From a virus (taxonomy: Duplodnaviria > Caudoviricetes): a DNA stretch of 64,000 nt. Each line of letters starts with the position of its first letter. The first letter of the stretch is position 1. The notes below the pieces were generated by a model that saw only the letters and a program-made list of their open reading frames with translations, made no database searches and was not told the DNA's origin. Of this stretch, positions 44,867-54,780 are shown one piece after another. A program made the position numbers and the translations under genes. The stretch covers positions 64,545 to 128,544 of the IMG/VR virus record IMGVR_UViG_3300035208_005087. One strand, 5' to 3'.

Positions 44867-46703
44867 CTGTATCTCCTAACAAGGCTAGGACCTTTTCTGC
44901 TAAGGATGGGTCCTCTGCTATTTTCTTAAAGAGTGCATTGGCTGCTGATTTGCCTTTACTCGCAAACCGGATACCTCCACCTGCCCCCTCTTCTCCTGGG
45001 GGTGTTGAGAGTAGAGCTAACCCCATGTTCTGGGCTAGCTTCTCCGATAAGTTCGTTCTAGTCACCAGCTCTTGTCCAGCCTGTTGGTAAGCTCCTCTCA
45101 ACAAGTCATTAAAGGATGCGTCCTTCACAGTGAACATATCATTCTCTAGCTTAGCTGCAGCAGCATCCCCATCCAGCCCTAGTATGTCAAAAACGTCATC
45201 CACAGGGGCACTACCTTTGTTATATAGAGCCATTACTTGCTCGAATACTGAATCATTGTCTCGTATGGATAGTCTTGTGAAAGATATTTTAGGTACGATA
45301 ACGGTTTCATTACCGTACTCGTCTTTCTCTACAAACCCTTTTCTTCGGGCGACCGGCTCAAATAGGCTCTTTTCTATAAACTCTTGTAAGACATCACGGA
45401 AAAGCATATACTGGATGTTTAGAAGTTCCAATGATATCTTAGAGCCTGAATACGATGCCTCTCCTGTCATCATTTCTTTAGTAACACCCAAGCCTGCGTA
45501 AAGGTCCGAGTCATATCTCTCAAACTCAGAGTTGAGGTCTAGGAGGCGTTGATTAGAGCCGAACTCTTCCCAATGCACCTCATAGTTTGCAATGATAGAG
45601 TAGTCTGGGTCCATAAGGGCTAAGTCCACCTGGGACCGTAGATCATCTACTTGGCCTTCATTGAGGTTCTCCCCCCAAACTATTCTTGTTGGGGTCATGT
45701 GTCTGCTAGCTATGGACGTTTGCGCTTGTCTTAATTTGTCTTTTACTAAAAGGGTGTTTATGCATCTTTCCAAAATGGAAACACCCATGGTCTCATACTG
45801 GGATTTCTTACGTGCTAAGTGATACGCGAAGGATCCTTCATAAGGGTCTTGCTGCAGGGTTAACGCAGCATTCCCTTCTAGTCCATCCATAAGATCCTCG
45901 GGCACTCTTGACTGTGTTGTTCTATCCTTGGTCTGTTCTTCCACACCCCCCACGCTAGCCTTAGCTAGGAACCCTCGGGTCTCTGCATCTGGGAGGTATT
46001 CTAAGACTGGGTTATCCGCAAAAGGTTTAGGTACTATCCTTACCTGGTCTGGTGGCAGTACCATTATCTTTCTCCACCCTATATAATTAGGGTCTGTATC
46101 TCTTACTTGGAATTTACTTAGTAGCAAGTCCGACTGCGCTTTACCTTTTTCCTGTAAGACTGCTTTCTCTTGTGTCCCTAAATCCTGGTATGGTGCATGG
46201 TCTTCAACAAATAGGAAAGCATTGCCAAATAGCCAGTATTCATGACTGATTTCTGTTAGGGTCTTGAGTAGTTTAAGTCTATCTACCATTCTAGAGAAAA
46301 ATCTGTAGGAGTATTCTGCTATATGGGGGTTAGACGCTTTAGGCTTTCTTAGACGTATTTTAGATAAAGGTATTGTAGAATGTAGATCTATAGCTGCGCC
46401 CACTATTTCCGTGGAGTTATAAAAATGTCTATACCACGCCCTTCTTTCTCTAAGGTTCTGTGGTTTTTCTAAAAAGTCTGTCGATAATTGAGGAGAGTAC
46501 CAGTTACCTCCCGACCCGCTCATCACATCCCCGGACGAGTACACACTAGCGAGTTTGGGCGTGGCTTTTTCATTACGAGCTTGTTTAGCTATTTGTCTAG
46601 CCTGCATCTCTTTTGCTGTTAAGGGACGAACAGTCCCTACAGGTCCCTTAGACTCGTCCACGTTTATATTCGCTACTTTTACTGTGGGTTTCTTCTTTTC
46701 CAT
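44856..46703 (-). CDS. Portal protein
   Basis: IVGAAIDLH, EYWLFGNAFLF, VLPPDQV, GVSILE, AGLGVTKEMMTGE, IEKSLFEPV; lies between terminase and protease. Confidence 0.85.
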   Translation of the reverse strand: MEKKKPTVKVANINVDESKGPVGTVRPLTAKEMQARQIAKQARNEKATPKLASVYSSGDVMSGSGGNWYSPQLSTDFLEKPQNLRERRAWYRHFYNSTEIVGAAIDLHSTIPLSKIRLRKPKASNPHIAEYSYRFFSRMVDRLKLLKTLTEISHEYWLFGNAFLFVEDHAPYQDLGTQEKAVLQEKGKAQSDLLLSKFQVRDTDPNYIGWRKIMVLPPDQVRIVPKPFADNPVLEYLPDAETRGFLAKASVGGVEEQTKDRTTQSRVPEDLMDGLEGNAALTLQQDPYEGSFAYHLARKKSQYETMGVSILERCINTLLVKDKLRQAQTSIASRHMTPTRIVWGENLNEGQVDDLRSQVDLALMDPDYSIIANYEVHWEEFGSNQRLLDLNSEFERYDSDLYAGLGVTKEMMTGEASYSGSKISLELLNIQYMLFRDVLQEFIEKSLFEPVARRKGFVEKDEYGNETVIVPKISFTRLSIRDNDSVFEQVMALYNKGSAPVDDVFDILGLDGDAAAAKLENDMFTVKDASFNDLLRGAYQQAGQELVTRTNLSEKLAQNMGLALLSTPPGEEGAGGGIRFASKGKSAANALFKKIAEDPSLAEKVLALLGDTDEE

Positions 46704-46715
46704 GGTTTTCCTGTT

Positions 46716-47066
46716 CTACGAGATAGACAAAGTATTTTCTTTTAAGTTTTTCAAACGACTTAGGTTAGTCAGGGTACTTTTGATTAATCGAGTATTAATT
46801 TCGTTCATCATTTGCAGCTTATGGATATCCTCGTACCCCTCTCCCCCCATATCCATGATATCCCTCTTCATCTTATCGAGGGAGCCTCCTGCTTCTTCAT
46901 TTACACTTAGTAAGGCCCTGAGTGCCGTCTCTGCTTTTTGCCTCTGTGAGGACGCCTGCACCATATTTTCATTCACCTTTTTAGCGGCATCTTGTAGTGC
47001 CCTCATCTTTGTGTCGACGGCCCTGTTAGGTGGTTTCTTGGTGCTTCTCCTTGAGGTTGTGGCCAT
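46716..47066 (-). CDS. Hypothetical coiled-coil protein
   Basis: 116 aa, AAGGA RBS. Confidence 0.6.
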   Translation of the reverse strand: MATTSRRSTKKPPNRAVDTKMRALQDAAKKVNENMVQASSQRQKAETALRALLSVNEEAGGSLDKMKRDIMDMGGEGYEDIHKLQMMNEINTRLIKSTLTNLSRLKNLKENTLSIS

Positions 47067-47086
47067 GGTAGCATTCCTTTTTTCTG

Positions 47087-47419
47087 TTATTTATTATGTA
47101 GGTTGTCCAGCACCCTGGCTGTTTTTGTAAACACTTCTTGTATGGCCTCTCTCATGATATCTTCTATATCTGGGTCGTCCAGTTTATCCAGGACACCTTT
47201 TCGGGAGAGGACGTCCCATGCCCAGTCTCTTTGGTATAAGGTCATCCCTGGGGATATTTTCTTTAGGAGGGTGTAGGCTTTTTCGAGGGGGGCTTTTTGT
47301 TTAAATTTCGGGAATCTTGTCCTAGTTATCGCAGGCCCTTCCTGGTAGGATACAAAAAAGGGATTATTTCCTGGGGTGGTATAATCGTCCGCCCTTTTTT
47401 CTTTTTCGTTTTTTACCAC
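47087..47419 (-). CDS. Hypothetical protein
   Basis: 110 aa, GTG start with AAGGAG RBS; first gene of the portal operon. Confidence 0.6.
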   Translation of the reverse strand: MVKNEKEKRADDYTTPGNNPFFVSYQEGPAITRTRFPKFKQKAPLEKAYTLLKKISPGMTLYQRDWAWDVLSRKGVLDKLDDPDIEDIMREAIQEVFTKTARVLDNLHNK

Positions 47420-47494
47420 TATTAGGAACTCCTTTTTAGTCTACCCTACCACACCCATAAAACCTGGAGTGGGTGTCCTCCCTCTTACATTAAT

Positions 47495-47507
47495 ATTAAA
47501 AGGTTAT
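47495..47507 (-). promoter_or_regulatory. Candidate late promoter of the portal operon (1 mismatch)
   Basis: ATAACCTTTTAAT. Confidence 0.55.
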
Positions 47508-47602
47508 GGTTCTTTTGTTAGAACAAGAGATTTTGAGGGTATATTATATGTTAGAGGCCTACAATAGATAACCTACTTAAAAACCTTAAAAGGGGATTAA
47601 AG

Positions 47603-48766
47603 ATGAAAAACTTACTTAAAATGCTGATGTTTTCTTTGTTACTGCTGTTATTAGGGGGATGCCTTTCCTCTGAAGATAGTGTTGTCGGAGTGGAAGACCC
47701 TTCTACCGGCGAGACCTTGTATGTTCGTGTCCTAGAGTACGACTTAGCCTCCGGGATGGGTTCCGTGGAAGACACTGCGACTGGAGAGGTGTACTCTGGA
47801 GAAGTCGTTTTCTATGACAAGGAAAGTATTACTGTTGTGGAAGACGGTGACACCTTATCCTTTAATATCGTCTCAGGGGCCAAAAGCGCCGATAGTCTTG
47901 CTACAGAGACCCCCTCTACTATAAGAGACACTATCACTGACAGCTTAGATACCGTGAAGGACAGTACCCTTGCAGATACTGTTACTTTGGTAGACACCCT
48001 TACCACCTCGGACCCTTGGCCTTACCCTTGGGAGGATGGGCAGTATGTATACTGGGACTCCTCTAGTACGAGCTTTTATGAAACATTCAGGAAAGCAGGG
48101 TTTACCGAGTACATTGAAAACCCTTATAGCGATATGCCTTCTTGGGTTCCTACCTTTTCTGGTAAGGTGGAGAGAAACGTTAGAGTGTACTCCCACGCTA
48201 AAGGTAAAGCATATGTTGTTGAAGATCGTCTTATGTTTCTTATACCAGATAGGGACCTCGTTCTTCTGACCCCCCAGGTCTTTTCTGGTAATCCCGAGGT
48301 TGACTCCATCCTTACTGTTCGGCAGGATATCCTTTCTACCAGAGAGGGTGTGTCTCAGAGATTAGCACTTCCCACAGATAGTTTAGATATCATGTTTTAC
48401 ACATACGGTGCTGCCCGTGACCCCTCCCTAGCCTTCACTTCCTCTTGGGACAATCTAGGCGGATCTCAAAATCGTATACAACAGACATGTAAGGCCGATA
48501 GCGACCAAGATGGGCTTTATCAGCAGTTTGACCCTGGGTGTTCCGCCGTATACGAAGGTTCAAATCTCCCCTCCATTAATATAGACTGGTTCGCATATTT
48601 ACAAAGATTCCCTGACGCAGCTTTAGCCCTTCCCTTAATTTTAGAGGTATTTAGCATCTCTTTAGACCAGGATATCCCTTTAGCTTTTGTTAACAACCCC
48701 TTTGAGTGGGCTACCTTTTACCAGGCACACTATATGGGTCGTAATACCGGCATCGTTTATGATTAG
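47603..48766 (+). CDS. Lipoprotein; the only plus-strand gene (moron-like)
   Basis: MKNLLKMLMFSLLLLLLGG-C lipobox; Thr/Asp-rich linker; AAGGGG RBS. Confidence 0.8.
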   Translation: MKNLLKMLMFSLLLLLLGGCLSSEDSVVGVEDPSTGETLYVRVLEYDLASGMGSVEDTATGEVYSGEVVFYDKESITVVEDGDTLSFNIVSGAKSADSLATETPSTIRDTITDSLDTVKDSTLADTVTLVDTLTTSDPWPYPWEDGQYVYWDSSSTSFYETFRKAGFTEYIENPYSDMPSWVPTFSGKVERNVRVYSHAKGKAYVVEDRLMFLIPDRDLVLLTPQVFSGNPEVDSILTVRQDILSTREGVSQRLALPTDSLDIMFYTYGAARDPSLAFTSSWDNLGGSQNRIQQTCKADSDQDGLYQQFDPGCSAVYEGSNLPSINIDWFAYLQRFPDAALALPLILEVFSISLDQDIPLAFVNNPFEWATFYQAHYMGRNTGIVYD

Positions 48767-48779
48767 GGGATCCTTTCCC

Positions 48780-51700
48780 TTACTCATCCCCTAGGGCTAC
48801 GTCTCGAAACCAGTTATAGGGAGGAAAAGTATTAGTACCATCAATATACGCGTCTGTGGAACTTCTCGGTGTGTATGTTATGAAGGATACCTGTATTAAC
48901 GCTTTAGCAACTATCCCACCTTCGGTTGGGGGTAACCCGAAGCCAGATACTTCATTCACCCCCTCATACCGGGTTAGAATACTAAAAACGGAATGTCTCT
49001 TACCCGGTAGATCTTGAACCTCCTGAGTACCAACGATGCTACATGTGAGAATGCAAGAACGGTAGGTTTCTACTGGTGTTATGGTTGCCACAACTCTCCG
49101 AGGGTACCCGACCAGCCTTGTTCGAGTAAATCCCGTTAGGATAGTTGCTCCATCCTTTGCCACAAGAGGAACAGTGGCTGTGGAAGATAATAGATCATCT
49201 GATTGCAAGACCCTCTGTTCTACTAGCTCTGTCGCCCTGACATTTATATCTCTCCCCCCAGTATTGTCTTTTACGATAACGTCTATGATACGCTCATCGT
49301 TAAAACGAGTCAAACCGTTCCCTTCTATCACGTTTATCGCCTCATACCGCTTACTGTAATATATATTCCCCTCTACATTAATGACTGAATCCTCCGGTCT
49401 AGGATCTCCCAAACCTACAGTCCTAAAATCATTTCCTTGTATAGAAACTCCGTACATATTTATAGTGCCCTGACCTGTTGTGTCCAAAGCGTGCATCTCA
49501 ATAAAGGTATCCCCCCTGAAGAGGGTATCTCCGTATGTGGGCACCCTGTTAGTAATAAAAGAAGCGGAAAACTTATTCCCCTGAATCTGTAAAGACCGAA
49601 TATGTCTTCCCCACAGCGTAGTCCTCTTTACTATCTTAGTATTATTGAACACATTGTTACTGACTACAGCGGGCCCCTGTACCCACAAAGCATAGAGCAA
49701 CCCTCCTCCGTGACCGTCAATACCATATCCTGTGGGGGCTTTAAAATCAAAAAGATTCCCCCTAACCACAGTAGTACCTCCCACCTGCAACCAAGCGGTG
49801 TTCACGGCCCCAGGGGTGATTATACTAGTCTCTTCACGGTAGAAGTAGTTGTTTTCCACAAAACACGTATCTTTCTCCCCACTACCAAGAGCAGCTTGGG
49901 TGTCGGGGTAGCGGCAGAAGCTAGAAAGGTCCAGTATAGACTCATGTATATGGCAACCCCTTACCCGAACCCCCCTTAACAAAGAGTTAGAGCCACCCAC
50001 CCCTATTAACTTGACATTGCTGAAAGTGCAACCCTCTATAAGAGTGTTTGTCCCATTATTGAACTTAATGCGTTCATCGATAACACCCCCACCTCCGGTA
50101 CTAAACAAGCAGTCCTGGATGCTGAAGTTATACACCCTCTTTTTCGTAGGAGTGTCAAAAAGGGTTATAGACCCTACCCCCCCTCCTATGGAATCTGAAA
50201 AGTCGAAAGAGAAATTAGCTACCCCGAAATTAGTGATAGTGAAATCTGTGGATGTTATAGAGGGGCTGACTGCTTCTGCAGGCATAGCTCCTAGAGCTAT
50301 GTCTTCCCCCACTACTTGGTATTTCACTCCCCCTCCATCCAATGTCTTCCTACGTACCCTACTATCTATAGTACTAATACCTCTACCGCTTGCGGCACTC
50401 TGTATTTGTTCGCTCAATGTCTCCTCTAAACTGTTTGATGTCCACGAGGACATCATCAAGCAGGATGTGGACCATTTGAGCACTTGGGCATCTGCGTCTG
50501 CGTCATCTGTAGGCAGCCCTCCTCTGAACCATTCTGAATATAGGGTAGCATTCCCTATCATAGGAGGGACAATCGCCGGTGACCCTTCCAACTCGTCGAA
50601 ACAAAACAAAGGTCTATCACCTCCCTCCAGGTAGTCTATCTCGACCATCGTTTTTTCCCAATATAAAGATGCACCTTCTCCCATTATTACAGGTATTTCC
50701 TTGAATTGTATTCTTGGATACGTTTCACCAAGTTCCTCCGATGCCTGTCTAATTAAAGCATATTTTCCTTTTGGGAAGAAAATCTTGGATCGTACCTTTG
50801 AGGAAGTCCCTCTTTTTAGCACCTCTAAAAGCATTTTAATTGCCCAGTAGTTGCTTGATTCCCCATCTATTGACCCCACTCCCAAACCAGGCTCTACCCC
50901 GAACCACCTAACATTTATAGGCTGACTCGTATTCCAATCCAAGGATACACCATCGTAAGGATACCACTGAGTACCCTTCCGGCGAAAAAGAAAGCACAAC
51001 GTATCCGTTGCGGTTATTTCCGCGCTAACCGTCAATTTTGCAGTACCCCCTACCCCCGGGTCTTCCACACTTATCCCAGATGATCCTATAAACTTCGTAG
51101 GTGTTTTTATTTCTACATCTGCGCTAATCTTGTAGAACCTTGGATAGGATGCATTAAATACTGAAGCTGTGTTCCCGAACACCACGGGCATACCGTTAAA
51201 CAGTTGATTGAGACCCCCATCCACCCCTGGTACGCTTTGCGAATCTGTCAGATCTGTATACATATCATTCAAATACAGAGAATTATCAGCTTCGTCCACA
51301 GAAGCCCCCCACCATTCCGGCCTGACTTCAGATACCGCCTGTGGGTGAAAGATAAGGCGAGGGCCTATTCTTCCACTCCATCTTAGGCTGGACATGCCTC
51401 CTATTTCTGTTTTACCCAAGAAGACTAATCGAGGTCTAGTCCCTATGTCCCAGTACCACACGACCCCACTGCCTAAATGTAAATTCACCGAAGGGGGGAA
51501 AACAACATCCTCTCGAATAAGGTAACCTCGCTCCATTGAGGTGCTCCTCGGGGAGGGTATTATAAGGTCATAACCATACTCCTCTGCCTTTTCAGCTGCT
51601 TTTTTAATCTCCACAGTTCTGTTTATGGCAAGACCCGGCCCCTCTATTGTAGCCCCGTAATCATAAACACTCAACACGTTGTTGTATATATGCTTGACAA

Positions 51701-54700
51701 ACCTTCCGGTGTTTGTGTTATCCCCTTCGTACGCTAAATACACTCCACCATCGTCGTCCACCGTAGCAGTTGGGTCATAGGTAAATAAACCCCCACCCCC
51801 ATCATTTGCGTCCCAATACCCCAAGGTACGAAAGGACATAGCTTTAAAAAGCTCTGGGTCCACCTCCCGTAACGCTGCTACAGTCTCTACAGTATGCACA
51901 GGCGTATTCGACCACTTTACTCCGCTTATCTCGTCTTTATATGCTGATAGATACTGGCCGTGCTCACCTAAGGATCTAAAAGTGTCTTTTACTCTACCGC
52001 CGGCAACTCCCGTCGCCCCCTCTACTTCATAGTCGGTGAAGTCTAGAACCCCATCCTTGTTTATCTGTACCCTACCATTAGTAGAAAGAGCCGCAGGCAC
52101 TCTGTCCAAGGAGCGTACCGACCATGCTCTTACCTCCGTGACAGGGCTCCCCCTGTCGCTATGTGTCGCGTCGGTTTCCTTATCCGAGCGACCCCGCATC
52201 ATAAAGGGGTAGTCCGTGCCCCCCTTAGGGTTTGATAACTCTTCACTGACATCCACTAAAATGTCTCTGTTGGATGCTCCTAGTACCTCGTCCTTCAGGT
52301 ATATATAGATGTACTCCACCTCCCCGCCCGGTGTAGCATACCCATCTTTTAACGATACTCTGTACGCCCCCTGCTCAAAAGAGAAGCCATTACTAGGGGG
52401 TACTACGTTTTCTAAGAACAAGTTCGCATCATTTCCGTGCCTTTGTACCGTTACCTTAAAATGAGAATCCAATCTACCATCACCGTTTATGTCCCTAACA
52501 GTGATATGGAAGGACTGGTGATTAGGTAACGGAGGAACACCAGTAGCACGTGTCCTAGAAGCTACCCAACACCCAAACTCCTCACCAGGCACTAACGGAA
52601 TTACTAAGGTATGCGTGACTAGCTTTTCCGTCCTGAGCTCGGCAAAGGACCCCTTGGAGTATGTAAAGTAGTCCTCTTTTTCCAGAAGGGTTCCTAGAGG
52701 AGGGGTCGTGATAGGGACCCAGGTGGCGTCCGGTGTATTTACTAACAAAGCATCTTCAGTCTTACTTACATCTGTCATCTTATAACTGTATCGACGCTCT
52801 GTGTCCTCATCCACCCAGTATACCCTTACAAAACCCGAAGTGTCTACCCTTGTCACCATTATGTTTTCTATGGCAGGCTCCATAAGCAGACCATGCTCAC
52901 CCAATGCCACGACCTTTAAAGGACTAGGGGTACTGTTTAGCGGCCCTGCATCCTTGCTGTAGCTTATCTTAAGACGAGTGTGTGTAGCATCTCCACCATC
53001 ATACCCTTGTGCGGTTATATGCAGCACAAAACTTACATGAGACTCATCTGTTGTTAACATAAAATATGTTAACAGTCTATAGGCCTTTTCTCCTTGGTCA
53101 TTAGCGGGTATTTCAAACAAGTTAATTTGTTTGTCCCATGACACTTCATTGAGAGACGCCCTACCAGACGCCCCCACATTGTGGTGGAATAGATTAGTAT
53201 CCCCTTCAAAATCTACATGCTCTTGTAGTCTAGTTTTACCCACTACATCTAAGTGGTAATCTTCACCCTGGTCGACTTCACCACCTAGTGATAAACGACC
53301 CTTATAGTCTAGTTCAGAGACCTCTTGTGATGTGCCACCGTTGTCCGTCATTAGCAACTGCTTCCACACGGAGGCCCTCGTCTCCTGAAACATGACCTCA
53401 TCTGCTGTCCGTATACGTATCGCCACTCCTGTCATACCCGCAGCATCCACATACGCTAAGTGGTTACTCACTAAACCCCTTGCGCCTTCTATAGGTACAG
53501 GCACCTGGGTGGTACCCCGCAAGAAAATCTTATCCGCATACACTTTTTTCGCTGTAAGCTCCCCCGGCTCTAATCCATCTGGATCAGGCTGTATGGTGCC
53601 CTCTGCCCCCGTTGCCCCTTGAGCACCAGTAGTGCCTGCGATAGCTAACGCCCTCATGCGGTAATCTGCATCCTTTTTCAAAGCTCTTGGCGTTACCGAG
53701 TCGGTGTTGTATGCCTCGGTGCCTAATCCTTCGTTTCTACCGGTAGCACCCCACTTCTCGTCTACTATCGCCCCAGCTATGCCCGCCTCTACATCATCTG
53801 CAGTAAAACCCCCGTGGCGTATACGGTAAGATAGCTCCTCTGGAGGGTACACTCTTTTGTCATATAAACCTAGCAGGTCCTTAAAGTTCCCATCAGTGTA
53901 GTATCCGTTACCATCTCGGGTAACCAAAGACAACGGGGCTCTGATGTATGACACCCCATTAGGGTACGTCCCTTTACTAAAATACACATCAGAAAACACA
54001 TTCCTGTCCGTAGCCCCTGTCCAATTCTCTTTCACTAAAAAGCTCGCTGTGGCTCTTACCCTATTTGCGGAAGGGTTTCCTAGTACAGGATCTTCAATAC
54101 CTGGGTCTACGTATTCTTCGGAGGTACCGCTTGAGGTTACCTCGTCAAAGGTGAGCTCCACGTATATTAAATCTATATGGCCGGGGTTACCCCCTGTTAA
54201 AATGGGCGTCGCCATAGTGTTAAATGAATCACTCCGTAATACGTATGCTTGCTTCTCTTCATCGGAGGAACCCGCCGTGGGAAGACTCTCACCAGGGTAC
54301 TCTCGGATAATGGATTCTGTGCCTTTATCTAGGTCGGAGCCCTGGTCTGAATACTCTATATCACCACTTAGAAAAAGATACCAACCATCCAAATAAAGCA
54401 CCGCCGGTTGACTGTTGTCACCATTACTGTTGCTGCCCCCATACACCTTGAAATTCCCACCATTAGCCGAGTCAGCAGCGTTGCCTGAGTTGATAGGTCC
54501 GCAGCTAAAACCCCTATTCCGGTTTTGCCCGTCTCCGTCCTTTTCTGAGTAGGGGTATGATAGCGTGGCTACCTTACCATAGGTGTTTCTGGCCAGCCAA
54601 TTTGTTAACTCCACATTAGTGCGAGACATCTCTCTGATCTCAGAGTCCAAAATAGGCGTATTTCTTTGCGCCTGCATAATGTAGAAACGCTTTTTGAAGC

Positions 54701-54746
54701 TATATATGTTACTCTCTGTGTACTTGCCTTTATATGGAGCTGTCAT
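48780..54746 (-). CDS. Tailspike/tail fibre: baseplate-anchor (DUF6519-like) N-terminus and pectin-lyase-like beta-helix C-terminus
   Basis: N-terminal QAQRNTPILDSEIRE; TLGYWDANDGGGGLFTYD tailspike head motif; repeated SVYDYGA / RPEWWGA / NVRWFGV; FFPKGKY; Asn-ladder beta-helix. Confidence 0.8.
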   Translation of the reverse strand: MTAPYKGKYTESNIYSFKKRFYIMQAQRNTPILDSEIREMSRTNVELTNWLARNTYGKVATLSYPYSEKDGDGQNRNRGFSCGPINSGNAADSANGGNFKVYGGSNSNGDNSQPAVLYLDGWYLFLSGDIEYSDQGSDLDKGTESIIREYPGESLPTAGSSDEEKQAYVLRSDSFNTMATPILTGGNPGHIDLIYVELTFDEVTSSGTSEEYVDPGIEDPVLGNPSANRVRATASFLVKENWTGATDRNVFSDVYFSKGTYPNGVSYIRAPLSLVTRDGNGYYTDGNFKDLLGLYDKRVYPPEELSYRIRHGGFTADDVEAGIAGAIVDEKWGATGRNEGLGTEAYNTDSVTPRALKKDADYRMRALAIAGTTGAQGATGAEGTIQPDPDGLEPGELTAKKVYADKIFLRGTTQVPVPIEGARGLVSNHLAYVDAAGMTGVAIRIRTADEVMFQETRASVWKQLLMTDNGGTSQEVSELDYKGRLSLGGEVDQGEDYHLDVVGKTRLQEHVDFEGDTNLFHHNVGASGRASLNEVSWDKQINLFEIPANDQGEKAYRLLTYFMLTTDESHVSFVLHITAQGYDGGDATHTRLKISYSKDAGPLNSTPSPLKVVALGEHGLLMEPAIENIMVTRVDTSGFVRVYWVDEDTERRYSYKMTDVSKTEDALLVNTPDATWVPITTPPLGTLLEKEDYFTYSKGSFAELRTEKLVTHTLVIPLVPGEEFGCWVASRTRATGVPPLPNHQSFHITVRDINGDGRLDSHFKVTVQRHGNDANLFLENVVPPSNGFSFEQGAYRVSLKDGYATPGGEVEYIYIYLKDEVLGASNRDILVDVSEELSNPKGGTDYPFMMRGRSDKETDATHSDRGSPVTEVRAWSVRSLDRVPAALSTNGRVQINKDGVLDFTDYEVEGATGVAGGRVKDTFRSLGEHGQYLSAYKDEISGVKWSNTPVHTVETVAALREVDPELFKAMSFRTLGYWDANDGGGGLFTYDPTATVDDDGGVYLAYEGDNTNTGRFVKHIYNNVLSVYDYGATIEGPGLAINRTVEIKKAAEKAEEYGYDLIIPSPRSTSMERGYLIREDVVFPPSVNLHLGSGVVWYWDIGTRPRLVFLGKTEIGGMSSLRWSGRIGPRLIFHPQAVSEVRPEWWGASVDEADNSLYLNDMYTDLTDSQSVPGVDGGLNQLFNGMPVVFGNTASVFNASYPRFYKISADVEIKTPTKFIGSSGISVEDPGVGGTAKLTVSAEITATDTLCFLFRRKGTQWYPYDGVSLDWNTSQPINVRWFGVEPGLGVGSIDGESSNYWAIKMLLEVLKRGTSSKVRSKIFFPKGKYALIRQASEELGETYPRIQFKEIPVIMGEGASLYWEKTMVEIDYLEGGDRPLFCFDELEGSPAIVPPMIGNATLYSEWFRGGLPTDDADADAQVLKWSTSCLMMSSWTSNSLEETLSEQIQSAASGRGISTIDSRVRRKTLDGGGVKYQVVGEDIALGAMPAEAVSPSITSTDFTITNFGVANFSFDFSDSIGGGVGSITLFDTPTKKRVYNFSIQDCLFSTGGGGVIDERIKFNNGTNTLIEGCTFSNVKLIGVGGSNSLLRGVRVRGCHIHESILDLSSFCRYPDTQAALGSGEKDTCFVENNYFYREETSIITPGAVNTAWLQVGGTTVVRGNLFDFKAPTGYGIDGHGGGLLYALWVQGPAVVSNNVFNNTKIVKRTTLWGRHIRSLQIQGNKFSASFITNRVPTYGDTLFRGDTFIEMHALDTTGQGTINMYGVSIQGNDFRTVGLGDPRPEDSVINVEGNIYYSKRYEAINVIEGNGLTRFNDERIIDVIVKDNTGGRDINVRATELVEQRVLQSDDLLSSTATVPLVAKDGATILTGFTRTRLVGYPRRVVATITPVETYRSCILTCSIVGTQEVQDLPGKRHSVFSILTRYEGVNEVSGFGLPPTEGGIVAKALIQVSFITYTPRSSTDAYIDGTNTFPPYNWFRDVALGDE

Positions 54747-54780
54747 GCTTTTCTCCTAAACATCCCAATGTTTTTGTTTT

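Noticed and set aside
47510-47570. Sigma70 promoter for the lipoprotein
   Set aside because: The best pair, TTGTTA..TATATT, has 19-bp spacing; too weak to call.
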